Positions 27,131-41,009 of a stretch of 64,000 bases of DNA are shown piece after piece. The translations under genes were made by a program, and so were the position numbers. Within the stretch, counting starts at the first letter, position 1; the number at the start of each line of letters is the position of its first letter. The notes under the pieces were generated by a model. That model saw only the letters and a program-made list of their open reading frames with translations. It searched no databases and was not told the origin of the DNA. Source of the stretch: Eledone cirrhosa (taxonomy: Eukaryota); NCBI GenBank assembly GCA_964016885.1, contig OZ024741.1, forward strand, positions 317,502,001-317,566,000, written 5' to 3'.

Positions 27131-30100
27131 CATTGTAGAGCTATACTAGTGTGCTAAATACCCAGACACATATTGTAGAGCTAGACTAGTGTGCTAAATA
27201 CCCAGACACATATTGTAGAGTTAGACTAGTGTGCTAAATACCCAGACACATATTGTAGAGCTAGACTAGTGTGCTAAATACCCAGACACATATTGTAGAG
27301 CTAGACTAGTGTGCTAAATACCCAGACACATATTGTAGAGCTAGACTAGTGTGCTAAATACCCAGACACATATTGTAGAGCTAGACTAGTGTGCTAAATA
27401 CCCAGACACATATTGTAGAGCTAGACTAGTGTGCTAAATACCCAGACACATATTGTAGAGCTAGACTAGTGTGCTAAATACCCAGACACATATTGTAGAG
27501 CTAGATTAGTGTGATAAATACCCAGACACATATTGTAGAGCTAGACTAGTGTGCTGAATACCCAAACACATATTGTAGAGCTAGACTATGTGCTAAATAC
27601 CCAGACACATATTGTAGAGTTAGACTAGTGTGCTAAATACCCAGACACATATTGTAGAGCTAGACTAGTGTGCTAAATACCCAGACACATATTGTAGAGC
27701 TAGACTAGTGTGCTAAATACCCAGACACATATTGTAGAGCTAGATTAGTGTGATAAATACCCAGACACATATTGTAGAGCTAGACTAGTGTGCTGAATAC
27801 CCAAACACATATTGTAGAGCTAGACTATGTGCTAAATACCCAGACACATATTGTAGAGTTAGACTAGTGTGCTAAATACCCAGACACATATTGTAGAGCT
27901 AGACTAGTGTGATAAATACCCAGATACATATTGTAGAGTTAGACTAGTGTGGTAAATACCCAGACACATTTTGTAGAGCTAGACTAGTGTGCTAAATACC
28001 CAGACACATATTGTAGAGCTAGACTAGTGTGCTAAATACCCAGACACATATTGTAGAGCTAGACTAGTGTGCTAAATACCCAGACACATATTGTAGAGCT
28101 AGACTAGTGTGCTAAATACCCAGACACATATTGTAGAGCTAGACTAGTGTGATAAATACCCAGACACATATTGTAGAGTTAGACTAGTGTGCTAAATACC
28201 CAGACACATATTGTAGAGCTAGACTAGTGTGCTAAATACCCAGACACATATTGTAGAGCTAGACTAGTGTGCTAAATACCCAGACACATATTGTAGAGCT
28301 AGACTAGTGTGCTAAATACCCAGACACATATTGTAGAGCTAGACTAGTGTGCTAAATACCCAGACACATATTGTAGAGCTAGACTAGTGTGCTAAATACC
28401 CAGACACATATTGTAGAGCTAGACTAGTGTGCTAAATACCCAGACACATATTGTAGAGCTAGACTAGTGTGCTAAATACCCAGACACATATTGTAGAGCT
28501 AGACTAGTGTGCTAAATACCCAGACACATATTGTAGAGCTAGACTAGTGTGCTAAATACCCAGACACATATTGTAGAGCTAGATTAGTGTGATAAATACC
28601 CAGACACATATTGTAGAGCTAGACTAGTGTGCTGAATACCCAGACACATATTGTAGAGCTAGACTATGTGCTAAATACCCAGACACATATTGTAGAGTTA
28701 GACTAGTGTGCTAAATACCCAGACACATATTGTAGAGCTAGACTAGTGTGATAAATACCCAGACACATATTGTAGAGTTAGACTAGTGTGCTAAATACCC
28801 AGACACATTTTGTAGAGCTAGACTAGTGTGCTAAATACCCAGACACATATTGTAGAGCTAGACTAGTGTGCTAAATACCCAGACACATATTGTAGAGCTA
28901 GACTAGTGTGCTAAATACCCAGACACATATTGTAGAGCTAGACTAGTGTGCTAAATACCCAGACACATATTGTAGAGCTAGACTAGTGTGATAAATACCC
29001 AGACACATATTGTAGAGCTAGACTAGTGTGCTAAATACCCAGACACATATTGTAGAGCTAGACTAGTGTGCTAAATACCCAGACACATATTGTAGAGCTA
29101 GACTAGTGTGCTAAATACCCAGACACATATTGTAGAGCTAGACTAGTGTGCTAAATACCCAGACACATATTGTAGAGCTAGACTAGTGTGCTAAATACCC
29201 AGACACATATTGTAGAGCTAGACTAGTGTGCTAAATACCCAGACACATATTGTAGAGCTAGACTAGTGTGCTAAATACCCAGACACATATTGTAGAGCTA
29301 GACTAGTGTGATAAATACCCAGACACATATTGTAGAGCTAGACTAGTGTGATAAATACCCAGACACATATTGTAGAGCTAGACTATGTGCTAAATACCCA
29401 GACACATATTGTAGAGCTAGACTAGTGTGATAAATACCCAGAAACATATTGTAGAGCTAGACTAGTGTGATAAATACCCAGACACATATTGTAGAGTTAG
29501 ACTAGTGTGATAAATACCCAGACACATATTGTAGAGCTAGACTAGTGTGCTAAATACCCAGACACATATTGTAGAGTTAGACTAGTGTGATAAATACCCA
29601 GACACATATTGTAGAGCTAGACTAGTGTGCTAAATACCCAGACACATATTGTAGAGCTAGACTATGTGCTAAATACCCAGACACATATTGTAGAGCTAGA
29701 CTAGTGTGATAAATACCCAGACACATATTGTAGAGCTAGACTAGTGTGATAAATACCCAGACACATATTGTAGAGCTAGACTATGTGCTAAATACCCAGA
29801 CACATATTGTAGAGCTAGACTAGTGTGCTAAATACCCAGACACATATTGTAGAGCTAGACTATGTGCTAAATACCCAGACACATATTGTAGAGCTAGACT
29901 AGTGTGATAAATACCCAGACACATATTGTAGAGCTAGACTAGTGTGCTAAATACCCAGACACATATTGTAGAGCTAGACTATGTGCTAAATACCCAGACA
30001 CATATTGTAGAGCTAGACTATGTGCTAAATACCCAGACACATATTGTAGAGCTAGACTAGTGTGCTAAATACCCAGACACATATTGTAGAGTTAGACTAG

Positions 30101-31222
30101 TGTGATAAATACCCAGACACATATTGTAGAGCTAGACTAGTGTGATAAATACCCAGACACATATTGTAGAGCTAGACTATGTGCTAAATACCCAGACACA
30201 TATTGTAGAGCTAGACTAGTGTGATAAATACCCAGACACATATTGTAGAGCTAGACTAGTGTGATAAATACCCAGACACATATTGTAGAGCTAGACTATG
30301 TGCTAAATACCCAGACACATATTGTAGAGCTAGACTAGTGTGCTAAATACCCAGACACATATTGTAGAGCTAGACTAGTGTGATAAATACCCAGACACAT
30401 ATTGTAGAGCTAGACTAGTGTGCTAAATACCCAGACACATATTGTAGAGCTAGACTATGTGCTAAATACCCAGACACATATTGTAGAGCTAGACTATGTG
30501 CTAAATACCCAGACACATATTGTAGAGCTAGACTAGTGTGCTAAATACCCAGACACATATTGTAGAGCTAGACTAGTGTGCTAAATACCCAGACACATAT
30601 TGTAGAGCTAGACTAGTGTGATAAATACCCAGACACATATTGTAGAGCTAGACTAGTGTGCTAAATACCCAGACACATATTGTAGAGTTAGACTAGTGTG
30701 CTAAATACCCAGACACATATTGTAGAGCTAGACTAGTGTGCTAAATACCCAGACACATATTGTAGAGCTAGACTAGTGTGATAAATACCAAGACACATAT
30801 TGTAGAGCTAGACTAGTGTGCTAAATACCCAGACACATATTGTAGAGCTAGACTAGTGTGATAAATACCCAGACACATATTGTAGAGCTAGACTAGTGTG
30901 CTAAATACCCAGACACATATTGTAGAGTTAGACTAGTGTGCTAAATACCCAGACACATATTGTAGAGCTAGACTAGTGTGCTAAATACCCAGACACATAT
31001 TGTAGAGCTAGACTAGTGTGATAAATACCAAGACACATATTGTAGAGCTAGACTAGTGTGCTAAATACCCAGACACATATTGTAGAGCTAGACTAGTGTG
31101 ATAAATACCCAGACACATATTGTAGATCTAGACTAGTGTGCTAAATACCCAGACACATATTGTAGAGCTAGATTAGGGTGCTAAATACCTAGGCATACAT
31201 TGTAGATCTAAATAAGGGCGCT
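27131..31222. repeat. ~4.1 kb satellite, 40-bp unit CTAGACTAGTGTGCTAAATACCCAGACACATATTGTAGAG (~100 copies)
   Basis: Directly visible, highly homogeneous head-to-tail array with 38-bp deletion variants and no spacers. Confidence 0.97.
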
Positions 31223-33930
31223 AAATCCTTTCAATCTTAAATGAAATAGAAAAGAAAACAACAAAACTGGGAATAGGAAGGAAAATAAAAATACTAAAGA
31301 AATATAATATAACAGAAAATGAAATCCCGGAGACTAAGGAAAGCTTAAAACAACATATACTGGCAAAGGCACAAAGAATCCGGAAATGGGAAAAGTTCCA
31401 AACTTTTTTTTTAACAAAATCACCTGTTTCACTCCAACCAAAATCCACTCTACCAGGAACTTAATAGGATTGCAATAGAGTTAAATGTAGTCCTGAAAGT
31501 AAAAGAATTGGAGTTCCGTAGAAGATTATGAGCAGAAGAAGGGAAGTTACCTTGTACAGAACTAGGAATAACAACGAACACAACACCTGAACAAGTGTGG
31601 GAAGATATTACATTTGATGTGTCTAACTCACGGAAAAAAGCAAGCAACTGGAAGGCACCGGGAGATGAAAGATACCAAACTTTTGGTTGAAATATTTAAC
31701 AGAGACATGTGTACTTGCAAAAAAGGTTTAATGAGATGCTGACAGAGCCAGAAAAAACACCTGACTGGCTCACTTACACTTATGGGAAAACCATCCTGAT
31801 CCTCAAGAATAATGACACAGCAAATCCCCAAATCAACAAGCCCATAACATACCTTCCTACTGCATACAAAAAGTTAACAACATTAGTATCGCAGAAACTG
31901 ATCAAACACATGGAAAAAAACTACTTACAGAAGAACAGAAAGGATGCTGCAAAAGCTAATATGACTATGAAAACCAGTCACTAATCAATAAAGTCATAAT
32001 CTAAAACGGCAAAAAGGCAACTACAAAAAGATTCAGCATGGCATGGATTGACTACCAGAAGATGTTTGACAGTGTTCCCCATACATGGATACTGAACACC
32101 ACTAGCCATGAATAAAATAGCGCCAACAATAAAAACATTTATCAAGCATGCCATGAGCAAGAGTCAAACAGTTCTGCAAATACAAACGAAGGATGGAATT
32201 ATAAAAATTGAGTCCATCTCAATCAACAGGGGAATATTTCATGGGGACTCCCTATCACCGCTGCTTTTCTGCTTAGCACTGACACCATTATTTGAAACAC
32301 TAAACAGAACTGGATTGGGCTATGCTACAACCAAACCATTAACCATATACGGATGACCTAAAGTCGCATGTTGCTGACAAGAGGTAACTTGAAACACTGC
32401 TGCAGGGAGTATGTCGATTCACAAAAGAAATAGGCATTAAATTTTGATTAGAAAAATGCTCCAATGTAACCCTGAAGAGAGAAAAACAGATATACAAATA
32501 TTTAGGAATTAAGGAACTAGACAGGGCTCAACACACACAGGTGAAAGAAAAGATTATAAAGGAATACTACAAATGGATTAGATTACTACTCAAAACAGAA
32601 ATAAATGCATAGAATAAGGCAATTGGTACCAATACTCTAGTGATCCCAGTAGTAAGCTACAATTTTAATATTCTGAACTGGAGACTAAAAGAACTAACAG
32701 GAATAGAGAGGAAAACAAGAAAAATAATGGCTGCATTGAAAACAGACCCCCAAAATGCCATGCTATAAGGTGGCAAAAAAAAACTTTACATAGACAATAC
32801 CCGAAAAATCTAGACAAGCAAAATTCACAAAACTGGCTACGAAGCAATAGACTAAAAGCCGAGACTGAAGGATTTCTAATCGCAGCACAAGATCAAAGCT
32901 TCCCCACCAGAAGTACATAATGAAACAGAACACAGTAACTGTAGGATATGTGGAGGTGGAAAACTGTAGCTTATTATTGGGATCGCTAGAGTATTGATGT
33001 CTATTACCTTATTCTTTGCATTAGTTCTAATCTTTCTATAGTATTCCTTTATAATCATTTCTTTCATCTGTGTGTTGGACCCTGTCTAGTTCGTTGATTC
33101 CTAAACATGTGTATGTCTATCTGATCTAAATCTCTTATCTCAGCTTCTTTATCTAGCATGATATTTGTGTTTTTCACTACTTTTTCTCTCTTTAGTGTTG
33201 CCTTGACGCATTTTTCTCATCAAAATGTAATACTTATTTCTTTTGTGAATCCATGTTCTGTCAGTAACAGTCTTTCAATGTGGGTTCACGTCTGCAGCAT
33301 ACAGCTTTAGATCATGTGGCTGCCCAGTCTTAACTAAAAAAAAAGAAGATATCCACAGACATGATAGAGTTGGGATTTACATATACTGGAAGTTGTGCCA
33401 ACACTACGAAATACCAACAGAAAAAAGATGGTACAGATACACGCTACAAAAGGTATCAGATAATGACAATACAATCATATTCTGGGATATGCCCATACAC
33501 ACAGACGGGGAGATGACAGCCAATCGACCGGATATTGTAGTCAAAGACCACAAAGGAAATGTCCTCTAATTGATGTACCAATCCCCACAGAAGAAAATAT
33601 ATTAACCAAGAAAATCGAGATTTTATCCAAATATAAAGATCCAGAGATAGATATAGACCAAATATGGATGATAAAAACAGAAATAATACATATAATAATA
33701 AAGGCCATGGGAATGATAAAACAGACAGATACATAACCAAAACCACAGGACTTACAAATATATATACAACATACAAAATATAGCCCAATTACGCACTGCA
33801 CACATATTATCATGAGTACTCTCAATACAATTGAAACAACACCACCAAAATCTACACTGCACATAAGAGATGTGCTCGGAAATGCAGTGGCGACGCCCAA
33901 TAAAAATAATAATAATAATAATAATAATAA
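31223..33930 (+). mobile_element. Decayed R4/Dong-like non-LTR retrotransposon ending in (TAA)n, with an internal inverted segment
   Basis: Remnants PITYLPTAYK, WIDYQKMFDSVPHTW, GIFHGDSLSPLLF, AETEGFLIAAQDQ, CRIC, RHD, ILWDMPIHTD..ANRPDIV; 3' end followed by (TAA)n at 33905-33930. Confidence 0.85.
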
Positions 33931-34039
33931 TTTCTTTATTAGCCACATAGGACTCACATCAATAAAACATTGAGGACGGCACCTAACAATAGTGTGGGGT
34001 AGGTTGTGTGTGTAAAAGATTATAACGAAAACGATGTCT

Positions 34040-34345
34040 TCTTCTTCACCTACATATTCGTGAGAGGGTCATGGGAGCAGAGTCCTCAAACACTCCTTCC
34101 AACGGGTCCTGTCAGAAGCAACCGTCTCCAACTGATCCGGCTGGATCCCCAAGTGTGACCAGCCTAGCTCATGGATGTTATCCAACCATCTTGTTCGTGG
34201 TCTACCACTGGGTCCGGAAGAATCCCAATTTCGGCCGCTTGTTTTCGCGATCGTATTCTTTTGATCATTCTCCAAGATTCACGACCATAGGTAAGGGTTG
34301 TCACGAATACTGAATTGAAGGTAGCGAGTTTAGCTTTTACACTAC
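34040..34345 (-). mobile_element. RTE-like LINE 3' fragment
   Basis: KLATFNSVFVTTLTYGRESW and GRPRTRWLDNI motifs. Homologous to 43780-44790 and to the RT end of 54100-56690. Confidence 0.75.
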
Positions 34346-36211
34346 AGTGACGTCGTAGGTATATGCTGACATGGATCTCCCACGTCATAGTTCGCGCGGG
34401 ATGCCTCTCAATGTCTTCAATTAGAGTAGAGGCTCAAAGATCAATATATACAATAGAGACGAGACGGGACAACCTTGGCGAACCAAGCACATGGTATTGA
34501 ACAGTTTCTAAACGTGACCGTTCACTCTGATCAAAAAGCAGATGTTGTGTGTTGCAGCGATCCAAAGTGAATTCGAAGCCGGCTGACTTGAGGACTGCGG
34601 TTTGTTTGTTTTTGTTGGATTTGGGTTTGTTGTTGTTACGGATGAGGGTTTCATTGAGTTTGGGGTGTTGTTGGCGTCTGTTGAAATTGATGGTGGTGGT
34701 GGTGGTGAGGTTTGTGTGGGTGTTGGCCTTAGTTGCCTCACTGCTGTCGCTTTCTATTTTTCCATTTATTTTGCTTTCTTTTTTTAGGCCGTTCATGTTG
34801 CTTTTGCTGATGCCGCAGTTATGGTAGTAGCGATAGCCTCGTCTCTTGGGGGGGGGGGGGCAGAAGGCTCATGACCCCATACGGATGGCATATCTGCTTT
34901 TTAACTTCAATAATTATTCTAAGCTTCTCCCCGTTGGTCTGGGATTTTTCTATCTGTTCTAGTTTCACCTGAAGCAGAATTGCCAGGTTTATCCCGGGCC
35001 ATTTTTTTTTCTTTTGCTTCGTTTGACCTTGAGAAGGACAGCGTAGGCCAAGATCCACTAGATGTTTAAGCCAGGTGGAACACCTAGTATCCTCAGTCTG
35101 AAAGTTTTCCTCAAGAGGTAAGTCGGATGTAGGACAAACTCCTCAATCCGAAGGGAGACCACTGACAGCTTTCGTGCGAGGTCCTCACCTGGTAGTGTTT
35201 TGCTATTTGTATGTGGGCCATATCTGCCATTACATCTGTTAGAGCCTTCGCTACTTCAATAACTGTGGCAAACTCGGTTCGGGACACACGTCAGTAGAAG
35301 ATCGTCTTTTGTTTTGTTTTTTCCTTGCCACTATTTCGGGGGTGGGGGCACCATTATTGCTGCCTTCCCTCTATCGAAATCTTTTTGGCTTGATCCAGTT
35401 CGAACTCTTGATTTCCAGTGTTAATGGAAGCATTTATTTTTATTTGTACTTACGATGTCTGAAAATGTTTTTGTTGTTGTTGATTTTTGTTACTGCTGTC
35501 GTTGTTGTCGATGTTTATGTTGCCACTGGTGTTTCTTTTGTTGTTGATGGTGGTGACTCTAGTGTCATCTTTTGTTAGTTGAATTGTAGTTCTTGTGAAT
35601 GTGACGGCGGTGTTAAAGGTTTTAAAAGCGAGAAGTTAGCAGCCAAATACCCTTAAAACTACAGGCTTCTACCTTAAAAGCAGACGTACACTTTCGATAC
35701 TGTAATCATAAATATACAAAAAGTACGGATAGTCACAGCTGGAGCGACTCCAATTATGCGCCTGCGCAAACCGACTGATTTGAAATTCAACACTAATGGA
35801 TTATTTATCCAATAGAAAGAAAATGATAAAATTACAGTGATCTAACCATTAAAATATTTATGTAATAAATGTGTTCATTTATGGTAATGTATCTGTATTA
35901 TATACCTGTTATACGAAAGAAATTAAAATGTTCTGAAATACTACACACCAATAGTAATTGAAATTTTCTTTTTTCCTTTTGAATTAAAAATTAAGTAAAA
36001 ATAGAGTTATCTCCCCTAGCAGTTTATTAATAAGTTATGTTGAATTAACTCCCTTTGCTTATGTGACTTAAGTTGTATTTTATTTTTTTTTTGTTACTTT
36101 ACACTATAAAAACAAAAACACCATCAAAGATATAGGTTCTATACTCTGGAGCTTGTCAAATGTCTATTTTAGAGGTTTAAAAACATCTTAAATCAATAAA
36201 TATATTATATA

Positions 36212-36711
36212 ACTAGCAGATTTATCCAACGTTGCCCAGGGTTTGAAATTATGCTAAGAATATACAGCTAGGAAGTAAATTGAATGGAAAATCCCATAAG
36301 GATTTAGTTTTTATGGGTTTGCTGACACAGACATGTGACTTAGAAGAAAATCGATGCTCGCTTAAGAGCCTTGTAGTGCAGAGAATAAACCTACAATTTT
36401 GTCGCAAGTGACAAAAAAATGTGCAAGCTACAGCTGAAAAGTTGTAGGTCCCAACAGTTTGAATGGAAAGTCCCATAAGGATTTTGTTTTGATTGATTTC
36501 TACCTTACATCATGCACTTTAGAAAAAATAATTTTGCTATCGATTTTTTATTGCTCGTGGGTCGATTTGAAAAATTTTTGTGATGTGACCATCTTAGTGA
36601 CAGGTGCAGCGTGCACAGAAAGTTTGGTCAAATTCGGTTGGGAATTGTAAAAGCCTTAGCTGTCCAAAGTTGTCCACACACACACACATCCTCGCTTTTA
36701 TATATAGAGAT
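36212..36711 (+). mobile_element. Non-autonomous Helentron/DINE-like element
   Basis: ACTAGCAG..CCAACGTTGCCCAGG start, an internal direct repeat, and an AAAGTTTGGTCAAATTCGG..(CA)n..GCTTTTATATATAGAGAT end. Confidence 0.6.
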
Positions 36712-38284
36712 TAATATAATTTGCCCAATAAAGAGATTATTTTTTTTTAATCAGAAAAGTCATGCACAATTATGCACCACAAAATATTTTGAGGCAAGCC
36801 AAGACTTATGGTATTGCCATGGGTGATAGAGAGGCTGGGGCACTGAAATAGCCAAGCACCTTCATGAGAGTCCCCTGATACTTCACAAAAATCAGGTGGT
36901 AGCGAGGCCATGGCGTTGGAATAGCTAATTACCCTCACCAAAAGGATTACCTGATACTACAGTAAGACCAGCCACCGTCAATGAGAAGAAACTCATTATC
37001 AGTGGCCCAGCTCCTTCAAATGCCACAGGCTGAAAAAAATAGTTTGCCAGTAGTTCAAAAGTCTATTCTGTTTGATTACAGATATAGTGAGCTTCACCTT
37101 CATTACATCATCCAGTGAGGTCTTTGTGCTAGATGTATTAAAAATACTGGACAGCTGTCAACGAAGGAGCTCTAGATGGGACAATGCAATCAGTTGATTG
37201 AAATAATCTAACAATGTTATGTCAGTAAATAATTATATACACAGAGGCACATCAGTTTATTATAAGAGATAGTTGTGGTCACATAGACCTTATCCATGTT
37301 TTATGAGACACTAGTCTCACACAATGGTACTTCCCTGATGCTATTGCTGGTTCTTAAGTGACTGAGAGTACAAAACTTCTCCCAGGATATGACACAAGTC
37401 CCATGCAATGTTAACTCCCTGCTAGTGGGCTCATTCTTTCAATTCAATAGACTGGGGAAACATGAAATGAAGTGTTTTGACTGGATCAAACCCATGGCAT
37501 TACAATTGTGGACCCAACACCTTAACCATTAATCAGTGCACTTTCACACACACACACACAGTAATGTAAATTAGTTACAATAACAAGTGTTTTAATATTA
37601 TTTCCTCTGCTAAAGCAGAGATTAGTCTTACAGGCCCCATGACAGGGTTCTCCATTCTGCTTTATCCTTTATATCCCTCCTCATCAACCCCTTGGCTTAT
37701 ATTTCCTCTTCCATCATCTTTAGCCATGCCTTTCTTTGTCTTCTTCCTCTCATCTTCATTTACATCACTCTTCTCATTCAGTATCTTTCAAACTTGACCC
37801 AAACCTCTCATTCTGTTTCCATTCACAACATTTATCACTGGCTCTATTCCTCTCACCCAGTCTCTCATCCTCCAATACCTCTAATTGTTTCTTTTCACAA
37901 TATTCATCAGTGACTATTCTTTTCACCCAGTCTTTCATACTTCAAAACATGACCCAGCCCTCTAATTCTATTTCTCTTCATAACATTCACCACTGGCTCT
38001 ATTCCTCTCATCCAGTCACTTCATCCTTTCTCAACACAACCCAACAATCTCATTCCATTTCTCTTCACAACATTCATCACTAATGTTAGTTAAAACAATA
38101 TAGTTTGTTAATTTTATTTAGTGTTTCTTTGTCTTGACAAGTGAAAGTATATATGTAGACTATAAGATGAGAGGATTCAAAGGATGCTACATTAGTGTGT
38201 GGTCTATCACAGTATCTATAATTGATGCGGGGTAATGACCTGGCTTGTTTATTGGGTTGGGGTTAGTTTTTGTAGTTGAGGTAG

Positions 38285-38520
38285 AATGCATGCTGAACTG
38301 TAAATGGCCAGGTGGAACACACACTGAACTGTAAATGGCTAGGTAGATGACCAAGTAGACCTAACACAAAACTGTAAATAGCCAGAGAGACTACACACTG
38401 GTGTAAATGACCAGGTAGACCACACACTGAACTGTAAATGGCTAGGTAGATCACACACTGAACTGTAAATGATCAGCTAAATCACACACTGAACTGATCA
38501 GGTAGACCACACACTGTACT
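38285..38520. repeat. Degenerate ~30-bp tandem repeat downstream of the 13-finger ZNF stop codon
   Basis: Recurring CACACTGAACTGTAAATG(A/G)C..GGTAGA. Confidence 0.75.
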
Positions 38521-38672
38521 AAAAGTGGTCATGTCGACTGCACATTAAAGATGCCCCATAATTCCTCACATATTTTGTCAAGATAAATTTTCTCCAATGT
38601 CTACCGCTTGGAAGACAATACAGTTAGATTTTCAAGAGGATTTCTCATGTTTCATAGTTAAAAGTATTTCCC

Positions 38673-39884
38673 TCAATTGTGTATTCGTTCATGTCTTTTT
38701 AGAAGACTACTTGTTATAAATGATTTCTCACATATTTCACATTGATAGGGTTTTTCTCCAGTGTGTGTGAGTTTGTGTCTGTTTAAATCACTGTTATTAA
38801 CAAAAGATTTCCCACAGGTTTCACAGGGGCATGGTCTATCTCCTGTGTGTCTACGTTTGTGACTCATAAGATCCGAATTCCGATTAAAAGATTTGCCACA
38901 CATCTCACAAAGGTAAGCCTTTTCTCCTGTGTGTATTTGCATATGGACTATAAGAGAAGAATTTTTACAGAATGAATTGTCACATATTTCACAGTGATAT
39001 GGTTTTTCACTGGTGTGTATTTGCATGTGGCGTTTTAAATCATGATTTTTGAGAAAAGCCTTCCCACATATTTCACAAGGGTAAGGCTTCTCTCCAGTGT
39101 GTATTTTTTTGTGTGCTTTTAAACGACTGTTAGTTAGAAACGATTTCCTGCATATTTCACAGCAAAAGGGAGTCACTCCAGTGTGCATCAGTTTGTGGAC
39201 AACAAGTTGTGAATTCACATAGAATGATTTATCACATATTTCACAGTGATGGGATTTTTCCTCAGTGTGTACTCGTTCATGACTTTTTAAATCACTACTA
39301 TTGACAAAAGATTTGCCACATATTTCACAGTGATATGGTTGTTCTCCAGTGTGTCTACGTATGTGGATTGTAAGCTTAGAATTTTCAATGAAAGATTTTC
39401 CACATATCTCACAATGAAATAGGTTTTCTCCAGTGTGTATTCTTTTGTGTCTTGTTAAATTACTACCATCAACAAAAGATTTCCCACATATTTCACAGTG
39501 GAATGGTTTTTCACCAGTGTGACTACGTATGTGAATAACAAGACTGGAATTATTAATGAAAGATTTCCCACATGTTTCACAGTGGAACAGCTTTTCTCCA
39601 GTGTGTATTCTTTTGTGACTTGTTAAAACACTGTTATGGACAAAAGATTTCCCACATATTTCACAATGATAAGGTTTTTCTCTACTGTGTATTTCCTTGT
39701 GTGTGAAGACTTCTTTCTCTGAAGAGAATGTTTTCCTACAAATCTCACAATGATATTGAGGAATATTTCTGTGTAAAGTCCTTTGTTTAGTAAATGTTCC
39801 ACTAGATAAAGATCTCTCACTACTGCATGCCTGTGCTACTGTATCTATATCAGTTGTGTTAGAAGTGTCCAAGTGATCCTCCAT
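38673..39884 (-). CDS. C2H2 zinc-finger protein, 403 aa, 13 tandem fingers, no recognisable effector domain
   Basis: Intact ORF with 13 CxxC-x12-HxxxH units and TGEKP linkers. Splice acceptor (TCTCTGATTTTCAG) at 39904-39905, 19 nt before the ATG. Confidence 0.95.
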   Translation of the reverse strand: MEDHLDTSNTTDIDTVAQACSSERSLSSGTFTKQRTLHRNIPQYHCEICRKTFSSEKEVFTHKEIHSREKPYHCEICGKSFVHNSVLTSHKRIHTGEKLFHCETCGKSFINNSSLVIHIRSHTGEKPFHCEICGKSFVDGSNLTRHKRIHTGENLFHCEICGKSFIENSKLTIHIRRHTGEQPYHCEICGKSFVNSSDLKSHERVHTEEKSHHCEICDKSFYVNSQLVVHKLMHTGVTPFCCEICRKSFLTNSRLKAHKKIHTGEKPYPCEICGKAFLKNHDLKRHMQIHTSEKPYHCEICDNSFCKNSSLIVHMQIHTGEKAYLCEMCGKSFNRNSDLMSHKRRHTGDRPCPCETCGKSFVNNSDLNRHKLTHTGEKPYQCEICEKSFITSSLLKRHERIHN

Positions 39885-40840
39885 TATTAATTCTCAAGGA
39901 ATTCTGAAAATCAGAGAAATGTCTATGAGAATAATTGATTATGGTTCAGTTTCTTGTCTAGAATAACATAGGACTCTTTGGTATAATTTTTATGTATGGA
40001 AGATATGCCATATAGAGATATTTATTACTTACAACTTTCATTAGTTGGAACTGGTAACACAAATTTAGGTAAAAAGACTTATTTCTACATTAAGAAATGT
40101 AAATAGAGTTAATGGATGCTGTATAGTTTAAACAATATAAAGCATCCTTAAACGGCTACTAACAGAAGTGGAATCTTGTGTTGCTCTATTAGAGGTTGAA
40201 ATGGAATGATCGGTTCGCACAACTGTAAAACAAGAAAAGATATGACAGTGTAAGACCAAAGTCTGACAAATATGCACATGAATATACAATACCCTATATG
40301 TGTATGTGTGTGTGTGTCGTAAGATTAGAACACAAAGTCTACTTTGGTGGGATATGAACACAAAATGTAAGGAGCTGGAACAAATACAAGGTATCCAACA
40401 CTCAGAGAAGGTGAAATGTAAAGTTGGGCTTGGCAGAATTTGAACTGAGAGCAGACAGCCAGAACAAATACCGCAAGGTATTTTTTCTAACACTCTAACA
40501 ATTTTATTAAGCCATCGCCTTGGACTTGGAGGATGAAAGGCAAAATTGATGGCAGCAAGATTTGAACTCAGATAGTTAAGAACCATAAAAAGTCTAACTA
40601 TACTTATTAGACCATTTCTCGAGAAATAAACAGTTTATAATCTGTCAGTTTTTGTAAAAACAAATATTATTTACTGTCTTTATTGTACTGAATCGATTAT
40701 TTAGATTAGGGGACGGGTTCCTCGTACAATCAATCACATTCTAACTGTGTGATACATATATAACTTTATCATATATCTATATGTATGTAGGCATATGTGT
40801 GTGTTTGTGTGAGTGTGAAATGAAATTTACAGCTCACACC

Positions 40841-41009
40841 TATGCAGGTTTAGTCCAACACCCTAACCATTAGGCCACATGCCTTCACATATATAAACCA
40901 AGACTGCCAAAACGTTTGAGCAATACAGCCTCTTCAAAGGGTTCTGAAGCAAGTTTAACTTTGGCCAAACTTTTGAGTTTCTCATTAGTAATAGATTTGC
41001 TGAGGCTAT
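40841..41009. repeat. 169-bp direct duplication flanking the LTR element (second copy 42412-42580)
   Basis: TATGCAGGTTTAGTCC...GCTGAGGCTAT on both sides, with 2 substitutions by eye. Confidence 0.95.

Noticed and set aside
27131-31222. Possible CRISPR array
   Set aside because: Units are contiguous and near-identical with no unique spacers, there are no cas genes, and the context is eukaryotic.
34430-35580. Short ORFs in a moderately GC-rich stretch
   Set aside because: Possibly decayed retroelement ORF1 sequence, but no motif could be recognised with confidence.
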